Under the pieces are notes generated by a model. It did not search any database, had not been told where the DNA came from, and saw only the letters and a program-made list of their open reading frames with translations. The translations under genes were made by a program, and so were the position numbers. Shown here one piece after another: positions 59,313 through 64,000 of a DNA stretch of 64,000 nucleotides. Each line of letters begins with the position of its first letter. The stretch's first letter is position 1. This DNA comes from Hydrurus foetidus (Eukaryota): contig UYFQ01000146.1 of assembly GCA_900617105.1 (NCBI GenBank), positions 1 through 64,000 of the forward strand. The letters are read 5' to 3'.

Positions 59313-60428
59313 TTAAATATCAGGTAAACGCTCCACTGTGAAGCGTCCGCCCTCCGTCAGGTTCACGATGAACCAACCGCATTCGGCTACCTGACGCTCG
59401 ACATCACCATTCAGAAATGCGGGGGAAGGGTTCATAATGATAATATCAATAGCACATTTCTTGATATTCTCATACGAACATTTTGGAGTAAGGAATTGCA
59501 GTGGTAAAAGCATGATGAATGGTTTGCTACTCAACATTGCTTTCTCAAAGAACTGATGCTTGGAACAGAAGGGAGGGTTGGTGATTAGGACATCATAATC
59601 GGGGTCTTCCTCCACGAGATAATCTTGCTTTACTTCGGTGGTATAAAGGTCACGGGAAATGACGGTGAATCCCTTCTTCTCCAAATATCTCACGATTGCC
59701 CCATTGCCACAGCACGGCTCGTAGATAATTTTACCCTCCAATGTAGATAGGACGGGGTCAAGCAACATGAGAGCGTTCTCTGGCGTTTCGAATAGATCCT
59801 GCGGAAGAGATTTCGTGGCGTTTCCATATCTGGAACGGCGGAATAGCGGGGCGATCTCCTCCACTAGCTCTTCAAGAGAGAGTCTATTGATGTCGGCTGG
59901 TAAATCTTCTTCGTAATTGAACTCTTCGTCGACCGTGGTGGCGTCGTCTTCCTTCGGCTCATCGTAGGGAATCGTTTCGTCATCTCTGACAATGACAAGT
60001 TTTCGTCGTGGCGGTGTCACAACTCTCTGCGCTGTTTCTTCGGTTGGCATGAATGATGGAAAAAGCTCCAGCAATAGACGGTTGTAAATCTTGTTGATCT
60101 TCCTTTTCACGACGACTCTCAAATCTCGCAACAGATTCATTTCGTCAGTTCTTTCGGCAGCTTTTATATTGAGATACAACGAACTTTCTTCCAAGATTTT
60201 CTTGTCATCCTTTCCAATACCCATTGAGATGTAGTACTTAATCTCTGAATTGAACACCGTGAACTGGTTTCTTGTCAGGAAATATTCACCAAGAATGTTA
60301 AGAGTCATCTCCGTCTTCGCCTCGTACATTTCAGCAACCGTTGCCCAGTCAGTTATAGCATTTGACACTCTATCGGACATTGAGATCACAATCTCCAGAC
60401 CATCGCAATTCGTGACAACTCTCTGCAT
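59313..60428 (-). CDS. Amino (N6A/N4C) DNA methyltransferase with an unknown N-terminal domain
   Basis: SAM-binding IYEPCCGNG, catalytic ITNPPF, preceding DLFETP, and MLLP. Confidence 0.85.
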   Translation of the reverse strand: MQRVVTNCDGLEIVISMSDRVSNAITDWATVAEMYEAKTEMTLNILGEYFLTRNQFTVFNSEIKYYISMGIGKDDKKILEESSLYLNIKAAERTDEMNLLRDLRVVVKRKINKIYNRLLLELFPSFMPTEETAQRVVTPPRRKLVIVRDDETIPYDEPKEDDATTVDEEFNYEEDLPADINRLSLEELVEEIAPLFRRSRYGNATKSLPQDLFETPENALMLLDPVLSTLEGKIIYEPCCGNGAIVRYLEKKGFTVISRDLYTTEVKQDYLVEEDPDYDVLITNPPFCSKHQFFEKAMLSSKPFIMLLPLQFLTPKCSYENIKKCAIDIIIMNPSPAFLNGDVERQVAECGWFIVNLTEGGRFTVERLPDI

Positions 60429-60622
60429 CTTGTTGTTGATTTGTGAGTTGGTTGAGTAGGTGGTTGTTGAGAGCTGACTGTTGACTACTGATAGGCATAC
60501 AAAACGGAAAATTCAAAAATACGTAGTCCATTGTCCGTTCAACCTTCGACCAAATCGGTTCAAAATGTAAATCCTGAGGGGACACTGATAAAACTCCGTA
60601 TAAATGTCTTTATGTTAAAGTT

Positions 60623-60775
60623 GAGTGTGGCACTTGTGGCGTATTCTGCCCTTTTTGCACAAAGTTTTCTACAAAAAAAAGAAAAAACAAAAACATTTTA
60701 TAAATATGTTTGTTTGTTTAAGGATTAATAAAGATTATTTTGTTCAAGTGGGGCAAGAAACGCCACAAACGCCAC
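60623..60775. repeat. ~153-bp repeat, inverted partner of 49318-49470
   Basis: Direct sequence comparison; a few mismatches. Confidence 0.9.
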
Positions 60776-60776
60776 A

Positions 60777-61233
60777 CTACCCTTCAATAATATTATAGTC
60801 ATTTACTGTATTTTCTGTACTTTTTTCTACCACAATATCGTGACCCATTAATTTATATCCTAACAAAACGTTTCTATATTCTCTTGTTTTATCCTTGTAA
60901 TCTTCTCTAAATGTTCGATGGGTTTCAAAGAACTCATAAAAGTTTTTAAGATTATATTTGTGTTTTTGTTCTTTTGTAAAGTTGTAAAAAGTGTCAGTAT
61001 TTTTTAGTTTTTCATAAGCATCTTTAAGTTTTAAAATGTCTGTTTTCTTATCATCAGTTTTTATGTAATAATCATTAAACAACTCCATAATAGGAAATGA
61101 TTGATTGAGATAATTCATCGTCCTTTTTGCTACAACAGCAGGTATTTTCAATTTGTGTTCATTTCTCTGTAAATTCTTGTAAGAACTAATCAAAATTTGT
61201 AAGAAAGCGTCCCTGTGAGATTCCTTCCACGCC
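60777..61233 (-). pseudogene. C-terminus of a probable D5-like primase-helicase, cut by Gypsy B
   Basis: AFLQIL..Y, IP..V..RT..YL and a winged-helix-like end; catalytic motifs are not in the window. Confidence 0.6.
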
Positions 61234-61572
61234 TGTAGCCTCACTGTATCTGTACTGCATGTACGGATACACTGTGACTGTATACTATACCTGTACTGTA
61301 GATTCTAGAACGGACCCAAAGTCCGGTACAGTTTTCTTTTCTTTTCGTTTCCACGCGAGTACACATCACTGTAGATACTACTGCTTGTTTCTCGCTGTAA
61401 ACTATAAGAATACTCTTCCACCTCCCCCATCTTCGTTTTTCGCCTCCGTCCTCGTCCATCGTCCTCGTCCACCGTCCTTTGGTCACCAACGACCATAATA
61501 TCGATATTTGGTTCTACGACCAAAATTCTGTCCTTTTATTCCTCCATCTTTTCTCGAGAAAATTTTCAGAGC

Positions 61573-62739
61573 ATGGCTATTCGCCGTATCCGTGCCAAAG
61601 CCTCGGCTAAGGCCACCACCAACACCACCAACACCACCGACAACACCAGCGCCATCTTAAGACGAGCTCAGCCGCGCGCTGTCGCCGTCGCAGCACGGAA
61701 GGCGTATCTTAAGCATACGCAGCGCAACGTCCAAGACATAGAGTCTCCTGGATCACCTGCGATTCAGGACCCCGCCGGAGACCTGTCTGCGCCGGCGTCT
61801 CAGCCGACGTCGGGGCCTGCGGTCGTGTCTGCTATTGATGTGCCTGTCATTTCTGCGTTGTCTGCTTTATCTCTTTCACCAGCTTCGGCTGCGATACCAG
61901 CTTCGGCTGCGACACCAGCTTCGGCTGAGATCACGTCGACTTCGGTCGATAGATCTGCTAATCAACGTGCTTTGGCACCACCAACTCAGTACGTGCAAGT
62001 TGGTGAGAAAGCTCCTAAGTTGAGCGCCAAGCCGTCTTGGCAAGAGGTTCAAAGAGTTTCAGAGGTTCTCCTCTCGAATGGAACGCCGTTTCGGCCAGTT
62101 GATGTCGTTCATCACAGCAACTTCCAATCTTTTAAAACCCTTTTGCAACTTCGATTTGCAACCGACCCTGATCGTCGAGACAGTTGTAACAACTGGAGAA
62201 ACTGGACTAATCAGAATTTTTGTAGAGAATTGAATTTGGCAATTCCTGCAACTGCGACGTCCAGAACGGATAAACTAGGATTCATTGAATCCATTACTCA
62301 GATTCAAATTCAATTTGACCTGAAGAACCCATCAGTGGAAGAAAAGACAGACCAGCTTTTAGCTGATATTGTCGATGCATTCCCTGAGGTGTCAGCTGCC
62401 ATGCAGTTAACAGCAACTAAAATTCTTATTGATAAGTTGCCAGCTGAACCCATTAATTGGAGGTCAGTTTTGTACCGCACTCTCGATAGAACGCCACGTC
62501 TTATCACGGTCGATGATTTTCGATTCGTGTGGCGTGCGCAACTAAGAAAGCTACGAGAAGCAATTGATGCTTTACGGTTTGTAGACGTCCACCCGACTTA
62601 TGGCGATCATTCTCGCCAAATCAAAAACTCTAACCGTCCTCCTCAAGAGCCACGAATTAAAAACGGCAACGAGAGGACGAGAAGCCTGAGCAATCTGACA
62701 AACCCCACTGTACCGGCTGTGGGAGACTTGGCCACTTAG
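61573..62739 (+). CDS. gag: Gypsy B Gag (frame changes before the zinc knuckle)
   Basis: 388-aa ORF after the LTR; CTGCGRLGHLVATC is in an overlapping frame at ~62710-62750. Confidence 0.75.
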   Translation: MAIRRIRAKASAKATTNTTNTTDNTSAILRRAQPRAVAVAARKAYLKHTQRNVQDIESPGSPAIQDPAGDLSAPASQPTSGPAVVSAIDVPVISALSALSLSPASAAIPASAATPASAEITSTSVDRSANQRALAPPTQYVQVGEKAPKLSAKPSWQEVQRVSEVLLSNGTPFRPVDVVHHSNFQSFKTLLQLRFATDPDRRDSCNNWRNWTNQNFCRELNLAIPATATSRTDKLGFIESITQIQIQFDLKNPSVEEKTDQLLADIVDAFPEVSAAMQLTATKILIDKLPAEPINWRSVLYRTLDRTPRLITVDDFRFVWRAQLRKLREAIDALRFVDVHPTYGDHSRQIKNSNRPPQEPRIKNGNERTRSLSNLTNPTVPAVGDLAT

Positions 62740-64000
62740 TAGCCACTTGTCGATTCGGCTCTTCTCCGTACTTTAACAGTACCGAGAAACCTTTCCTTCA
62801 GTCGGAAGGAGGCAAAGATCTTTTGAAGATCGATCCCAAAGCGACGTTCATTCCAAACGCGTACGGAACATCTTCTTCTTCCGCTTCCTCCTCTTCTTCT
62901 GCGTCTTCTAAGACCGCGGCCTCGTCAGCAGACACTACTCGTGTCGCGAAGAAACAAAAAGGTGACTACGTTTACAACCTTAATATGTCGTCAATTGACA
63001 ACCCTTCCGTTTCATCGGATAAACATCTAATCCCCTTCTTTATTTCTCATATTTCTCAGCAAACTTCGCTGGAAGAGAAAAATAGAGTCTTCACTCTATT
63101 GGATACGGGATCGATCGCCAGCAATTTTATAGCTAGGCGTGTTATAAATAATCTTAACTTAACACAACATGTTTCTAAATCTTCTAAGACAGCGTGTAAA
63201 GTTTGTAGTGGTTTAGATAATCATTGCTATGAAATTTCTGAAACCATCGACTTAAAACTTTCTTATTTTTGCCCTGATTTAAATAATTATTCTTCTTTCC
63301 AAATCACGGCTTATGTTTTAGAACAAACACAAATTGATCTAATAGTGGGAAGAAAAATTATACGAGATTTAGATCTATTCTCGATTTTCCCAGATCAAAT
63401 AAAATCAAGCACTTCATCGCGACCAACCCCAATAAAGGGAGTCTCGACTTCTGAAGATGTGGTCATAACATGTGGCTGTCAGCCCGAAGAGACTTTGCAA
63501 ACCTCTAAAGGAACCCCAAAAGATCTTTCATTAACCCAAATGAAAGATCCGGCAGTCACCCAAACACATGTCATACTAGCTTCGTTAATTCAAGAGTCGG
63601 AACAACTATTTGGAGTTGTGCCGCCTGATGAAGATGAAATTGATGATTCATTAAATGACTCCTTTTCACCATGGATTAATGAATTTCTTGATACAGATTC
63701 ACTCTCGCTAATACACATAGCAGGTGATGAAGATCAGAAAAATAAACTCCGTTTACTATGTAACGAATTTAGGGATATATTTAGCAGTGAGCTTCCGGCT
63801 AGCCCTGCTGATATCCCACCGTTTGAACTTAACGTGGATGACGTAAAATGGAAAGTCTCCCGTAATAGAACACCTCCTCGACCACAATCCACTGCAAATC
63901 AAGCTGACATTATACGTCAACTCGCGAAACTTGAAGAGCAAGGGATTATCGAGAAATCAAATGCGGCTTATTACAGCCAAGTGCTTATGGTTCCAAAGTC
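62690..64000 (+). CDS. pol: Gypsy B zinc knuckle-protease-RT start (runs off the window)
   Basis: LLDTGS at ~63095-63112; IIEKSNAAYYSQVLMVPK at the window end. Confidence 0.8.

Larger units (their letters stand above)
48889..61233. mobile_element. Endogenous Polinton-like virus (partial; truncated here by Gypsy B)
   Basis: AT-rich, intronless, tightly packed genes: major and minor capsid-like proteins, A32-like ATPase, fibres, DNA methyltransferase, helicase C-terminus. Confidence 0.88.
61234..64000 (+). mobile_element. Ty3/Gypsy LTR retrotransposon B (5' part; putative LTR 61234-61496)
   Basis: Abrupt TG start inside the viral gene; gag, zinc knuckle, protease and RT start follow. The LTR end is inferred. 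Confidence 0.85.

Noticed and set aside
49318..60775. Reading the 153-bp inverted repeats as the viral terminal TIRs
   Set aside because: The helicase-like gene and AT-rich viral sequence continue outside them, and no TSD flanks them.

Overview
Eukaryotic genomic DNA with short GT-AG introns, probably from a protist; the host cannot be identified from the sequence. Only two clear host genes are present: an MFS transporter (25.9-28.4 kb) and a PLAC8-type Cys-rich protein (29.1-30.0 kb). The rest is nested mobile DNA: four Ty1/Copia elements (three complete with paired LTRs and 5-bp TSDs), two Ty3/Gypsy elements, a pogo-type DDE pseudogene, a PIF/Harbinger element, a head-to-tail trio of IS630/Tc1-type elements, a TIR element with no TSD, a 1.8-kb foldback element, and a ~12.3-kb AT-rich endogenous Polinton-like virus (capsids, packaging ATPase, fibres, methyltransferase) cut by a Gypsy insertion. 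Main observation: none of the five LTR elements whose 5' LTR junction is visible has a tRNA-type primer-binding site. Three Copia elements with dissimilar LTRs each have a 10-11 nt PBS-position sequence exactly complementary to a segment inside their own LTR (Tf1-like self-priming geometry). Both Gypsy elements instead have a perfect 12-nt palindrome there. All family assignments come from motifs read by eye; no searches were run.
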